Of a DNA stretch of 64,000 nt, positions 36,970 through 48,893 are shown one piece after another. Source of the stretch: Alloascoidea hylecoeti. Its lineage: Eukaryota. A model generated the notes under the pieces. It was not told the DNA's origin and searched no databases. It saw only the letters and a list, made by a program, of their open reading frames with translations. How positions within the stretch are numbered: the first letter of the stretch is position 1; the number at the start of each line of letters is the position of its first letter. The position numbers and the translations under genes were made by a program. The stretch spans positions 354,613 through 418,612 of the forward strand of contig BCKZ01000001.1 of assembly GCA_001600815.1 (NCBI GenBank). The letters run 5' to 3'.

Positions 36970-38907
36970 ATGGCTGTGATATACAAGGCAAAACACATTG
37001 GTCTAGCATTAGGCCTTTTCTTGTTAGTTGCTTTTGGCATATTTTATTCATCGACGGATTCTACTCCTACAATCACTCCTTGTAAGTTAAATGTGTTATA
37101 TTTATAGATTTTTCAAGCAATCTAAAAATCCAAATACAAATTACAAAAAAAATTATCTGTTTTTATTATAAATCCAACTTAATACTAACCTTTTTGTTTT
37201 TTTAAAGATAAGCCTAAAGCTGGAGATTTCAATACTCCTCCTGTTATACCTGAAGGCCAAGGGAAAATAGATCGTCCACAAGGCGTTACTACTCCCTATT
37301 CAACCCCCGAGGAAGACGCTGTCCCTGAAAAACAGCTAGGAGTAGATGTTGCAGCTGAAAAACCTTTATATTCTGACCCTGCCACCATTAAGCTTACTAC
37401 TGAGAAGTCTGATAGTGCCAAGCCTGATAATGCTGATAAGAGTTTAGCTGCTGGCTCTTCTAATACAAACGGAAATACTGGCTATGTTCCTGTTAGTGAT
37501 GCTATTAATGCTGCTGAAGATAATAAATTCTCTGACAGTAAGTCGAGTAGCAGTGGCCCATCTCAAACTTTTTCTGGTAAAGTGGAAACTAAATATGTTG
37601 TTGTGATTGATGCTGGTTCAACTGGTTCAAGAGTTCACGTCTATGAATTTGAAATTGGTGCTGCTGCTCCAGTTTTAATCAATGAAACCTTTAAGATGTT
37701 AAAACCAGGCTTATCAAGTTTCAAAACAGATGCAGAAGGTGCCGCAAAAAGTCTCGATCCATTATTAAAGATTGCTGTTGATACCGTTCCAGCTGATTTA
37801 CAAGGCTGTACACCCGTTGCCGTGAAAGCAACTGCTGGTTTACGATTATTAGGTAAAGATTTAAGTGATAATATCTTAAAAGCTGTTAGATCAAGACTTG
37901 AAAATAGTTTCCCATTCCCTGTTGTTGAAGGCGATGGTATTTCAATAATGGAAGGTAGAGATGAAGGTGTTTATGCTTGGATTACGGCTAATTTCTTACT
38001 TGGTGCAATTGGATCAAAAGATAAAACTCCAACAGCTGCTGTTTTTGATTTAGGTGGTGGTTCAACACAAATTGTATTTGAACCTACATTTAATGAAGCT
38101 AAAAAAGAAGCAATGGCACCTGGTGAACATCGTTATGATTTGGATTTTGGTGGCAGAAAATTTGTACTTTATCAATATTCTCATCTTGGTTATGGTTTAA
38201 TGCAAGGTAGAAATAAAATTCATCAAAAAGTTATTGAAACATATTTAAAAGATAAAGAATATTCAAGTTCTTTAATTCCAATTACTTCTTCTGATGATAA
38301 AATTGCTAAAGTTACTTTAACTCATGCTTGTTTTTCACCTGAAGATAGTGCTGAAAATGTTGAAGTTAAAATGGAAAATGATGATATTTATATTGTTAAT
38401 TTTAATGGACCAGAAACTTCTTTAGCGCCACAATGTAGATTTTTAGCAGAATCTGTTCTTAATAAAGAATTAAGTTGTGAAACTGAACCATGTTCATTTA
38501 ATGGTGTTCATCAACCTTCATTACAAAGAAACTTTTTAAGAGATAATGATATGTATATCTTTTCATATTTTTATGATATGACAACACCACTTGGTATGCC
38601 AACATCATTTACATTAGAAGAAATGAAAGATCTTGCAAATACTGTTTGTAAAGGTGATTCAACTTGGAAAAGTGCATTTTCAAGTATTGATGGAGCAGTT
38701 AAACAATTAGAAGATGAACCTCATTGGTGTTTAGATTTAAATTTCATGGTTTCAATGCTTCATACTGGTTATGATATACCACTTAATAGGGAATTGAAAA
38801 CAGCTAAAACTATTAAAAATAGAGAATTAGGTTGGTGTTTAGGTGCTAGTTTACCTTTACTTGATGATAAAAATGGTGGTTGGACTTGTAAAGTCAAAAG
38901 CGCTTAA
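36970..38907 (+). CDS. GDA1: Golgi guanosine diphosphatase (GDA1/CD39 apyrase); exons 36970-37081 and 37208-38907
   Basis: Apyrase conserved regions [23 protein letters not shown] and DLGGGSTQ. The upstream exon encodes the type II anchor ([18 protein letters not shown]) and joins in frame through a GTAAGT...TACTAAC...AAG intron. Confidence 0.93.
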
Positions 38908-39084
38908 ATATTGCATCTCATTTTTTTTCAAAATCATTTTTATATGGTATAGGGCATAGGGTGTATTATAATGATATACTGTACAAGTTTTAAAACATAT
39001 ATTTTAACTATTCAATATATATAGGAGTGTTATTAATGTCTTCATTTTTTTTTTGAAATATACTTATAATTATATACCCTCATT

Positions 39085-40692
39085 TTATATATCTTCGTGT
39101 ATACCTTTAATAGGTCTAGTGTTCTTTTTTAAATATATATTTATATCAATATCCCCTCCAATAGCTTTAGGGCTATCAGGTAGTTCTCCAGATATAGCTT
39201 TATCAATTCTATTTAATTCATTTTCTGCAATATCGACCAATTCTTCAAACTCACTACCTTTTGCACGAAGTCTAGATTCACGTAGTAATTGTTTGGCTTT
39301 ATCAAAGAAACCAAGGTTGAAATGAATTACTCCAAGACCATATGTAGCTAAAGCAGTTGCTTCATCAATATTAGTTCCGGCACCATTCCGACGAACAGAT
39401 GATGGTAATTTCTTTGAAAAGAATATCACTGAATCATAACAGGCTTTAGCTAAATATAAACTGTACATTCTGTTTTCAGTAGCTTTTTTAGCTGCTTCAA
39501 CATCCGATGTCTTCATAGCTTCAACCTCACGGAATTGAAATTCCTCAGATTCTAAGTAGAATAAAGAAGCTAGATTACACTGTGACATTAATATATCACC
39601 AGGATCACATTCAGCATAAATCATCCATTTTGTTGATACCAATTTAGTATTAACAGCAGCACTAATATCACCAGTACTTAAAAGAGAAGTTACTAATAAA
39701 TCTCGTAGGTTAAATAATTCATCTCTAAATGGTTGAAAAATAGAAGCATGTTTTGCTTTAAGAATATCTTTATTATTTTTATTTTCTTCAGTTAAACGAA
39801 GTGGTAAATTATCTTCAGAAATATGATGAGCTAAATCCTTTTCTTGTTGATCTTTTCCAGCATTCTGTAAATGTTGTTTAAACAATCGCCAATCATCATT
39901 AAATATAGATTCACTTTCTTCATCTTTAATCCCATCTTCTAAACCCTTTTGAATAAGAATTTCTTTTGAAGCAAAAAATGCATGAGTTAATAATAATGAT
40001 TTAACTCTTGTTTGATCATCAACTAAAAGTTCACATAATTTGACAGCAACTCTTAAATCTTTTTGTAATATATGTGGACGTCTTGTTATAGGAACTTCAT
40101 TATTAAGTAAACATGTTAGATAAGCAGATTGAATTTCCATATATAACATAATTGCTTTATCATTCATTTGTAAATGTTCATACATTTCTGCTACTTTTAA
40201 TTGTATACCAGTATATTCATCACTAATAGGTATCATTTCCATTTTATCCGCTTCCTCCAAAGCTTCTAAATAATATCTTAGTGCTAATTGATGATCCTGA
40301 TTTTCACCTTCCGCCTCGGCCCAAAGCGCTTTTCGAAGAAGTTTCGCAACAGAGGGAGGAAATCTATGAAATGTAATTATCTTAAAAGCAACAACAGCAG
40401 CAACAACAATACCAAGAAAATACCATTTTTTATAAGTTTTTTTTGGTGGAGGTGGAATATAGTATCCTTGTTGTGAATAGTTGTTTTTAAATAATTTAAC
40501 ATTAATATTATTCATATGACCGAATGATTCTTTCGCAATTAAGTCCCGTGGCTTTGAAGAAATGGCCATTGTTCCAGCTGAGTAATTATGATAAAAACAT
40601 CTTTTGGATAGTTGAGCGGACACTATTCCAGATAATATACTGCATACTGGATTGTTTGTCCTTAATATTGTGGTTTTTGTAATCAAGCTCAT
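39085..40692 (-). CDS. MGR3: Mitochondrial i-AAA protease adaptor Mgr3-like (TPR-like)
   Basis: Basic/Ser/Thr presequence, a single TM (WYFLGIVVAAVVAF), HRFPPSVAKLLRKALWAE and helical repeats. Head-to-head with SRAP as in S. cerevisiae YMR114C/YMR115W. Confidence 0.8.
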   Translation of the reverse strand: MSLITKTTILRTNNPVCSILSGIVSAQLSKRCFYHNYSAGTMAISSKPRDLIAKESFGHMNNINVKLFKNNYSQQGYYIPPPPKKTYKKWYFLGIVVAAVVAFKIITFHRFPPSVAKLLRKALWAEAEGENQDHQLALRYYLEALEEADKMEMIPISDEYTGIQLKVAEMYEHLQMNDKAIMLYMEIQSAYLTCLLNNEVPITRRPHILQKDLRVAVKLCELLVDDQTRVKSLLLTHAFFASKEILIQKGLEDGIKDEESESIFNDDWRLFKQHLQNAGKDQQEKDLAHHISEDNLPLRLTEENKNNKDILKAKHASIFQPFRDELFNLRDLLVTSLLSTGDISAAVNTKLVSTKWMIYAECDPGDILMSQCNLASLFYLESEEFQFREVEAMKTSDVEAAKKATENRMYSLYLAKACYDSVIFFSKKLPSSVRRNGAGTNIDEATALATYGLGVIHFNLGFFDKAKQLLRESRLRAKGSEFEELVDIAENELNRIDKAISGELPDSPKAIGGDIDINIYLKKNTRPIKGIHEDI

Positions 40693-40789
40693 AAATATCA
40701 GTTAACGTTGCTCTATAAATTTAAAAAAGGTTGAAATTTGGGTGTTGTAGAAAACATCGAACAACCATTTGTCAATTCTTTAAAATTAA

Positions 40790-42154
40790 ATGTGTGGAAG
40801 ATTTGCTTTAGATCTGGTAAGCTTCGATTTTTTTTCCTGTAGCTATTTTTAAATGCTTTTGGACTGATGATTTTTTTCTTTTGTTTTAGACACCTAATGA
40901 GGTTCAGCATTTATTAAACGATTCCGGACTTCCTGTGAATGAGATTACCAACCAAGAACATTCTACAACATCGTGAGTACCCCACAAATATGATGCTTAA
41001 TTCCATATATAGAAACCTCATATTAACACAGTGGTTTGTAGGTATAATTTTGCTCCAGGTAAATATTCAGCTGTTTATAGATTGGAGCAAAATTCAACAG
41101 GAGACAAAAATGGCACTGTTCAGTATATGAAGTGGGGACTGGTTCCATCGTGGAGTAAAGAAAAGCCGAATTTTCAACAGTATGGATTTCTCATTCAATC
41201 ATAATTACCTAACTTATAAGTACTAACGAAGCATAACTTAGATTTATGAGGACTTATAATGCTCGGGCGGAGTCAATATTTGCAAATTCACGTCTATGGA
41301 ATGGTCCATTATCTTCGAAACGCTGTGTGATACCAGTCTCTGGCTATTATGAATGGCAACATAAATCTACAGGACCTAAGAAATCACAGGTTGATAAAAT
41401 TCCTTATTATGTTCATAAAGAAGATAGGTCTTTAATTTATTTGGCAGGTTTATGGGAGGAAATGGGATATACAGAACAAACAGATACAACTACATTTGAA
41501 CACGTAAAGCTCTACACATTTACAATCATAACTACCAAAGCCCCTGAACAACTAGCATGGTTACACGAAAGGATGCCCGTAGTTTTGAATCCAAATACAC
41601 CTGAGTTTGAAAAATGGTTACAACCAGGTAAAATTAACTGGAAAACACATGACAATCATAACTGGTTAAAGAAGATATTAAAAAGTTATGAGGAGTATGG
41701 TATTGCTTGGTATAAGGTCAGCAAAGATATTGGTAAAATGAGTAATGATGGAAAATATTTAAGTGAAAAATTAAAGGAGAAAACTATCGGTGATTTTTTC
41801 AAAACTTCGAATTCTATACCTAAACACGATAATTCCGAACTAGCAATAGTCAAGAGTGAAATAATCCCCAAAAGCAAAGAAGAGACAACTGCAAATACTA
41901 TTAAATCAGCTAATGGTATTAATTCTTCTAGTTCTAAAATCAAATATAGATCTCCCAAAAATACAGGAGCGCTTGATGCATTCTTTAAGAAGAAGCCTGT
42001 GGCTATTAAAGAAGAAAAGAAGGAAGAACAATCAGAAGATACAAATGAATGCAATTCCCTAAAACACAACCGATCTGCAAAGGAAGAAATTAATGATATC
42101 GGGCGGCCCGAAATTAATCTTGAGTTAGAACGAAAGAGGTTTAAATTAACTTGA
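40790..42154 (+). CDS. SRAP/HMCES abasic-site protection protein (YMR114C-like); exons 40790-40816, 40890-40972, 41042-41179, 41242-42154
   Basis: Splicing three GT-AG introns restores the invariant N-terminus MCGRF, then YNFAPG, MKWGLVPSW, NARAE, GYYEW, AGLW and WLHERMPVVL. Confidence 0.92.
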
Positions 42155-43562
42155 ATTTATTAATGTTTAGATTCCCATTTAAAATCATACTCTTTAATGA
42201 TTTTTTCTTTTCCTAGTTATAATCTTATATCAATAAATTTGGGCCCAAATAAGATTGAAATTGCGGTCGTTAGATTATTTGAAACGTTATGTATCACTAC
42301 CGTTAACGTTTTTTTTTTCTATTTTCCGGTAGAGCCTAATATAATATCAATATTAAATTGATTAATCTCCTTGAGATCGGCCATGATCATTCTCATCTCT
42401 TCCATAAAAAATTAACTGTGAAAGGTTGAGGTGTGCAAATTACAGGTATCTATAGTGATTCGTATAGTCTTCTGAAGAGAGCAAACGTTTCCCCAAATTT
42501 CCATGCAATATTAGAATATATAATAGCTATAGCTTATATCAATGTTATAACCAATACAAAAATAGAATTTAACTGATAAGCCATATGAATCATGTTTTGA
42601 TATGCAGCTTCGATTGGAATATTATTTACATGTATATAACGGTGTGCATATACGGAAATTCTCCACACAATCTTCCACTCTATGCATTTTACAATCTATG
42701 TCTATATCCTGAATGGTTGTTTAATTGATAATGACCAGATATAGTTATATATCCGCTAGCTATAGGGTATGTAATCGTGAGTGTATGCCAATCACGAGTT
42801 AAGACGGTAAATGGTTGTACTACAATGTTTAAAAAACCACCAGGTTCTCCTGTGTCACACCTAAGCTAGGTACCTTTTATATAGGCAATAAATATATTTG
42901 TTAAATTTTAAAATGCTTTAGTTTTGGTGAACTTCTATAGCACACTCGCGATTGGTACGTAAGTTACTATAGCGTTCTGGATCCACGGATCAAATCTTAA
43001 CTTAATTGGGCATCTCGCTTGCAAATGCAATTGATAGACAGCGTTTACGCATTTATAGCTATATGATTATATCAATATCATTTAGAAGGTAAATCACCAC
43101 TTTAAAATATAGGCTTATATCTACATTTAGCTACCTAAAACTGTTTGATAGCACGATTATTATTTTGATGTAAAAAGGATAAATTATTGTTGATTGGGAT
43201 CATTTACAATTATACGATGCGTTAAATTTCCCATTCTGGGATCAAGATCCTGCTCAGTTTTTTAAACTTGCATAAACTTGCAATTGCAATTGTTTTGTTT
43301 ACAAATCTAGAGCTTAAGAAGCAATTGAAAATCACTATCTTCAGCTTGTATTTATAGATCAATTAGATAACAGCTCTTATCGCAACAACGGGTTTAGCTT
43401 TCCACAGTTCGGAATTCTATCTGCGTGCTAAGATTAGTATTACTGATCAGTATATAAAAGGCTTTACATGCCTTTTTATGTTTGACTTCCTTTCCTTTTA
43501 TTTTTCTTCATTAGATACTTTTATTGTCGATTTCAATCCAATAAATTTAATTATTTAACCCA

Positions 43563-44666
43563 ATGACTACTATAATTGATTCACCAGTTATTATCGAACA
43601 TTTAGTTTCTAGACAAACTATCCACAGAACCATATCAGAAAATGATCTCGAGGTAACACCAATAACCGAATTCAAATCCCCAAAATTTGATCCAAAGAAA
43701 CATTTAAACTATAAGCCTGCTGATAAACAAGTATTGCTTTCAGAAATTGGAATCACTGATTCCTCACAAGGAATCTCACCCGTTGCTGTCACATCACCCT
43801 TCCCACTATTCACACCAGATGCTGTTGCAATCATGAGAGCCGAAATTTTGAATCCAAAACTAATTGAAAATTATGGAAAATTATCATGGAACGCAAATAA
43901 TTTAGTTGAAGACTATGAAAATTTACAATGCGTTTTGAGGGGTTATGCTAAAGATGCGGCACCTTTCACATATCAGGCTTGGACACATCCTCAAACCGTT
44001 GAAATTGTTTCAGAAATGGCTGGTGTTGAATTGCAAGTTGCCTTTGATTATGAGGTTGCACATGTTAATCTAGATATCAAAACAACTGAAAGCGAAGACG
44101 AGCGTGCGCTTAAAACCAAAGGAAAAGATGATATGCCTGCTTTAGTCGGATGGCATCGTGACTCGTATCCTTTCGTTTGTGTTTTAATGCTTAGTGACAC
44201 TACTAATATGACAGGTGGTGGAACATATATGCGGAAAGGAAATGGTGAAATTTCAATGGTTGAGGGACCAAAACAAGGACATGCCACTGTTTTACAAGGT
44301 AGAGTTGTTGAACATTTGGCTCCAAAGCCAACTCGTTATAAGGAAAGAATTACGATGGTTACTTCTTACAGACCAAAAGACATTGCAGTTAAAGATGAAA
44401 CGGTGTTGGGAACTGTAAGACCTGAAACAGACAAGTCTACTGATTTTAACACATTTTACCCACAATTCGTTGGATACAGATGTGACCTTATTTCTCAAAA
44501 TCTTAAAAAGTTACAACATACAATGATTTCAAGAATGGAAAAAGGTGAAGACTTCGTAAAGTCTGAAGCTATGTTGGAGTTGAAAAGAATGAGAGATTAT
44601 ATCAATTGGACCTTGAATGAAATGGTGGTTCCTGACCAAAAGGAACATTATGAAAATTATATTTGA
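43563..44666 (+). CDS. Fungal Fe(II)/2-oxoglutarate dioxygenase-family protein, substrate unknown
   Basis: HxD (WHRDSYPFVCVLMLSD), distal His (LQGRVVEHLA) and R.T..TS (ERITMVTSYRP). TATA-like TATATAAA near 43451. Confidence 0.8.
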   Translation: MTTIIDSPVIIEHLVSRQTIHRTISENDLEVTPITEFKSPKFDPKKHLNYKPADKQVLLSEIGITDSSQGISPVAVTSPFPLFTPDAVAIMRAEILNPKLIENYGKLSWNANNLVEDYENLQCVLRGYAKDAAPFTYQAWTHPQTVEIVSEMAGVELQVAFDYEVAHVNLDIKTTESEDERALKTKGKDDMPALVGWHRDSYPFVCVLMLSDTTNMTGGGTYMRKGNGEISMVEGPKQGHATVLQGRVVEHLAPKPTRYKERITMVTSYRPKDIAVKDETVLGTVRPETDKSTDFNTFYPQFVGYRCDLISQNLKKLQHTMISRMEKGEDFVKSEAMLELKRMRDYINWTLNEMVVPDQKEHYENYI

Positions 44667-45027
44667 AAATTTATATAGAAAAAACGGAAAGCTTAAGCTT
44701 ATAATAAGGTATCAATATGGGTTCTAGATTTTGAAATTCATTATGAGCCTGAGTTGCAATATAGTACATTGGATATTTTGATACTGTGGTTTGATTTTTA
44801 GGATGTGCAATTGTTTATGATGAAGTAGTTTAAATAGCATTAATTGAAATTAATGGAATTTATATGATTGTGTAATGAATCAATTCAATCAGATTATCAA
44901 TGATATCTTTATCCACGATCGGATCCCAGAATTTTGAAAAGACATAAGCATTATACTTTGAAATTTTAGACACATACATCTCTGATCGAAAATCATTTCA
45001 TCACTGAATGGAGAATAGTAACATCCT

Positions 45028-45567
45028 TTACATTATAATATCTCCATCTTTATCAGTATTTTCCTTGACTTCTTCATCCTTTCTAATTTCTGTGTCAGAA
45101 TTTAGCATTTCATCTAAAACTTTCAATTGTTGTTTCTTTTTGTATTCACCGACCCATACTGCCTTTCTATTAATGTTTATGGGTAGAAGTAGTGTTTCTT
45201 CACCTCCATTTCTTTGTTGTGCGTCCCCGCTTTGAGTATTGACTTTAACTCTACCTCCTATTGCTCCATCTAAAACACGAATTTCTCTTCTTAGCTTTAC
45301 ACCGACTTCTTCAACTGTTTCAAAAAATTGCTTGTTTGATTCTTGAAAGCTATTTCTTGCGCTTTGATGTCTCTGCATTTCATCTGGCATCACAGCATTT
45401 GCAGTCTTTTTAAGCTCAACAAGATGTGATAAAGAAGATGATACTGCTGATACTATTGTTGCAATTTTGGTGTCCAACTCATTTAAGTCAGCAAGGCGGG
45501 TTTCTATTTGAGGAACGGGTAGCGTAGGCACATCCTTCTGCGTATCAGCAGTAGATTGCGAAGCCAT
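45028..45567 (-). CDS. MED11: Mediator subunit 11
   Basis: Helical pattern IETRLADLNELDTKIATIV...FFETVEEVGVKLRREIRVLD. First ATG is MASQST at 45567. Neighbourhood matches S. cerevisiae YMR112C. Confidence 0.8.
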   Translation of the reverse strand: MASQSTADTQKDVPTLPVPQIETRLADLNELDTKIATIVSAVSSSLSHLVELKKTANAVMPDEMQRHQSARNSFQESNKQFFETVEEVGVKLRREIRVLDGAIGGRVKVNTQSGDAQQRNGGEETLLLPININRKAVWVGEYKKKQQLKVLDEMLNSDTEIRKDEEVKENTDKDGDIIM

Positions 45568-45632
45568 TGGAACTTTGCTTATGAAACACTTTGGATGTTT
45601 TGAATGTTCCAACAATACTCCCGGAATAGTTG

Positions 45633-45664
45633 AGCCCTAACCTTAGGGAAATAGAGCAGTCACA
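45633..45664 (+). promoter_or_regulatory. Ribosomal-protein promoter module: paired Tbf1-type sites (AGCCCTAA/TTAGGG) plus Homol-D box (CAGTCACA)
   Basis: AGCCCTAACCTTAGGG at 45633-45648 and CAGTCACA at 45657-45664, about 145-175 bp upstream of the ASC1 ATG. Confidence 0.65.
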
Positions 45665-45807
45665 CAATCGCCGGATCAAGAAAGTTCGGGTTTGGATATT
45701 ACGCGTGCATTCTGAGGTATACGCTGGTGATAGATTTCAACTCGAGGTTTTTGGATGTCATTTTATTCCTCACAGAACCGTTCCTTTGCAACAATAAAAT
45801 TAACAAT

Positions 45808-47254
45808 ATGAGCGACAGTGCTACTGAAATCTTGGTTCTTAGAGGTTCCCTTGAGGGTATGTTAATGATAAATAAACAACAATTGCTGCTTCATACTGAG
45901 GATGATTTTGGTTGGTAATAGAATCAACTAACATTTCTTTCCTTTAGGTCACAATGGGTAAATACAATATTTATTTATTTTTTCAAGTAATCATTGAGTG
46001 TAGGAAGATTTGGAAATTTATTCACGATAGTTTTTGGACCAATTTTTTTACAATAATCTTGTAGAAATCAATGGTTTTTTTCATTAAATATTTTCAAACT
46101 TACACCAATCATTTTACAAGAATCAACCGAATCAATAACATCAACTAACTTTTTAATTATAGTTGGGTCACATCCCTTGCTACATCCCCAACCCAACCCG
46201 ATATTCTTTTATCTGGATCCCGTGATAAATCTTTGATCATCTGGAACCTTACCAGAGATGAAGCCAACTATGGTGTCCCAAAGAAATCTTTACATGGTCA
46301 CTCACACATCGTTGAAGATGTTACCATTTCTGCCGATGGTGAATATGCTTTGTCTGCTTCTTGGGATAAGACTTTGCGTCTCTGGAATCTAAAGACCGGT
46401 GAGTGCACTAACAGATTTGTTGGACACACTGGTGATGTTTTGTCTGTTTCTATTGCTAGAAACTGTAGACAAATCGCCTCTGCTTCCCGTGATAAGACTG
46501 TCAAGGTCTGGAATACCATTGGTGAATGTAAATTCACTTTAACTGGTCACGAAGACTGGGTTTCAACTGTCAGATTCAAGCCACCAACAGACGAAAACGA
46601 GACAACTGCTGTTATCTCTGCTGGCTGGGACAAGGTCGTTAAGGTAAGTGAATTTTTTCCGATTTTATGAAATTTTTAATATGATGATTAGTTATTTGCT
46701 ACTTCAGATGCTGAATCACTATCAGTGCATGAGACAAACCATCACTACTTTTCCTGATTAAAAACTACCATTATTTTATCAAAATTTAAATTTTTATGGA
46801 AATTTTTCTAACAAATTAATTAATATAGGCCTGGGATCTTAATGACTGGAAATTAAAAGCCGACTATAAGGGTCACAACGGTTATGTTTCCACTATCACA
46901 ATCTCCCCCGATGGATCACTCTGTGCTTCAGGTGGTAAGGATGGTAGCATCATCCTTTGGGATTTGACATCTTCTCGTCATTTATACTCTTTGATTTCTG
47001 GTGATGAAGTCCACGCTTTGTCTTTCTCTCCAAACAGATACTGGCTCTGCGCTGCTACATCCTCTTCCATTAAGGTTTACAACTTACAACAAAGAGAATT
47101 GATTGATGAATTAAAACCAGACTTTGCTGCCAGCGGAACTAAATCAAGAGACCCAGAAGCTATTTCTTTAGCTTGGTCTGCTGATGGACAAAACTTATTT
47201 GCTGGTTATACCGATAATGTTATCCGTGTTTGGCAAGTTATGAGATCTAGTTAA
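45808..47254 (+). CDS. ASC1: RACK1/Asc1 40S ribosomal WD40 protein; exons 45808-45856, 45948-45957, 46163-46643, 46829-47254
   Basis: Spliced product reads [29 protein letters not shown]...[13 protein letters not shown]...[11 protein letters not shown]...[13 protein letters not shown]. All three introns have GT 5' sites, CTAAC branch points and TAG ends. Confidence 0.96.
46675..46764 (+). ncRNA. snR24: Box C/D snoRNA U24 (snR24-like) in ASC1 intron 3
   Basis: C box ATGATGA at 46681, guide TATTTGCTACTT before D' CAGA, C'-like ATGAGA, D box CTGA at 46754-46757, and terminal stem TTTTTAAT/ATTAAAAA. U24 is known to be hosted in ASC1/cpc2 introns. Confidence 0.88.
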
Positions 47255-47672
47255 ATCTCGAAAAAAAATTAGCTGAATGAGAAAGATGCTGCTGATATAT
47301 TCTAGAAACAAAACAAAGAATATACAAGTTTGGAGAGGGAAAGTCTTATACAAATAGTTTACACATTTTTTGGACTGAACTGTTTTCTTTCTTGTATTTT
47401 AGTATAGCTGCCCTCATGATTTTGTTCTATATTATTAATTGAAAATCATCCTACTTAATCTAGAGTAAATCTATCTGCATTATTATGATATCGATATTGG
47501 TCAGTGTAAACTAATGCATCCCTTCGTAATGACATCCCTCATATTGTAATCTCTCCCCATAAACTTTTTTGATAAGTATATTTTTAACATCTTTACACCC
47601 AATCCAAGGTTTGTATTTGATTCACTTCATCACTCTCGCCTCAGAATCGCTTTTTTTTAAATTTAGTGGGAA

Positions 47673-48893
47673 ATGGCCGGTGCATCTTCTCGTAAGAAGC
47701 TTCTACTCATGGTGAGCAGCGGATAATTAGCATTCGACAACTGTGGTATGTTACTAACACTAATGGATGTAGGGTAGGAGTGGTTCTGGAAAATCCTCAA
47801 TGAGGAGCATTATCTTTAGGTAAATTGAAAATGTTTATCTAACAGCTGTCAGCTAAAATCATTAACGTGTTATTTAATAGCAATTACTCAGCATTCGATA
47901 CAAGAAGGCTCGGCGCCACTATTGATGTAGAGCACTCACATCTGCGGTTTCTTGGTAATATGACTTTGAACCTGTGGGATTGTGGTGGGTATGTTAGAAA
48001 ATTAATAATTCACAAACGGCTAATTGTATTTTCTAATATTATTTTCTAATAATAGACAAGATGCATTTATGGATAACTACTTTACTACACAAAGAGACCA
48101 TATCTTTAGAATGGTTCAGGTTCTAATTCATGTTTTTGACGTTGAATCCAAAGAAGTTATCAAAGATATAGAAACGTTTACGCGAGGGTTGAGACAGTTA
48201 AAGGAATTTTCACCAAAAGCTAAAATATTCGTCTTATTACATAAAATAGATTTGGTTCAAGTTGACAAAAGAGAGGAGCTTTTTTCAATAATGATGAGAA
48301 AGTTAGAAGAAAGCGCGGGACAATTTGGATTTGCAATAACTGGTTTTGCTACATCAATATGGGATGAAAGCTTATACAAAGCATGGTCACAGATTGTATG
48401 CTCTTTAATTCCAAATATGAGTTTATTCGAAAAGAATCTCCAAAATTTCGCATCTATTAGTGAAGCACAGGAAGTGATTTTATTTGAGAAAACTACATTT
48501 CTGGTTATTTCACATGTTTCCAACAATGTAGAAGATGGTGACGCTCAGTTAATCGAGGCTAATGGTAGAAATGGATTGATCCCCACACATGCTAATATAA
48601 ATAACTCTCTGAGTAATCTAGATCCCAAAAGGTTTGAAAAGATATCCAATATAATTAAAACTTACAAACAGAGTTGTAGCAAAATGAGAGCTCAATTTCA
48701 AACCTTTGTTCTTCATGGATCATCTTGCTCCATATATATTGATGTATTCACCCCAAACATGTATGTTATGGTTGTTTTACCCAATAACACAAATGGGGAT
48801 AGTGCGGATGAAGAGAATTTGGTTCTGACCAATATTCGTGTTGCTAAAAAATTGTTTGAAAGAATTGAGTGTTGTTATTTCAATTTTAATTAA
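47673..48893 (+). CDS. GTR1: Rag A/B GTPase Gtr1; exons 47673-47711, 47773-47819, 47881-47988, 48056-48893
   Basis: Spliced product reads [64 protein letters not shown]...HKIDL...[13 protein letters not shown]. The extreme C-terminus is uncertain (possible further intron). Confidence 0.95.
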
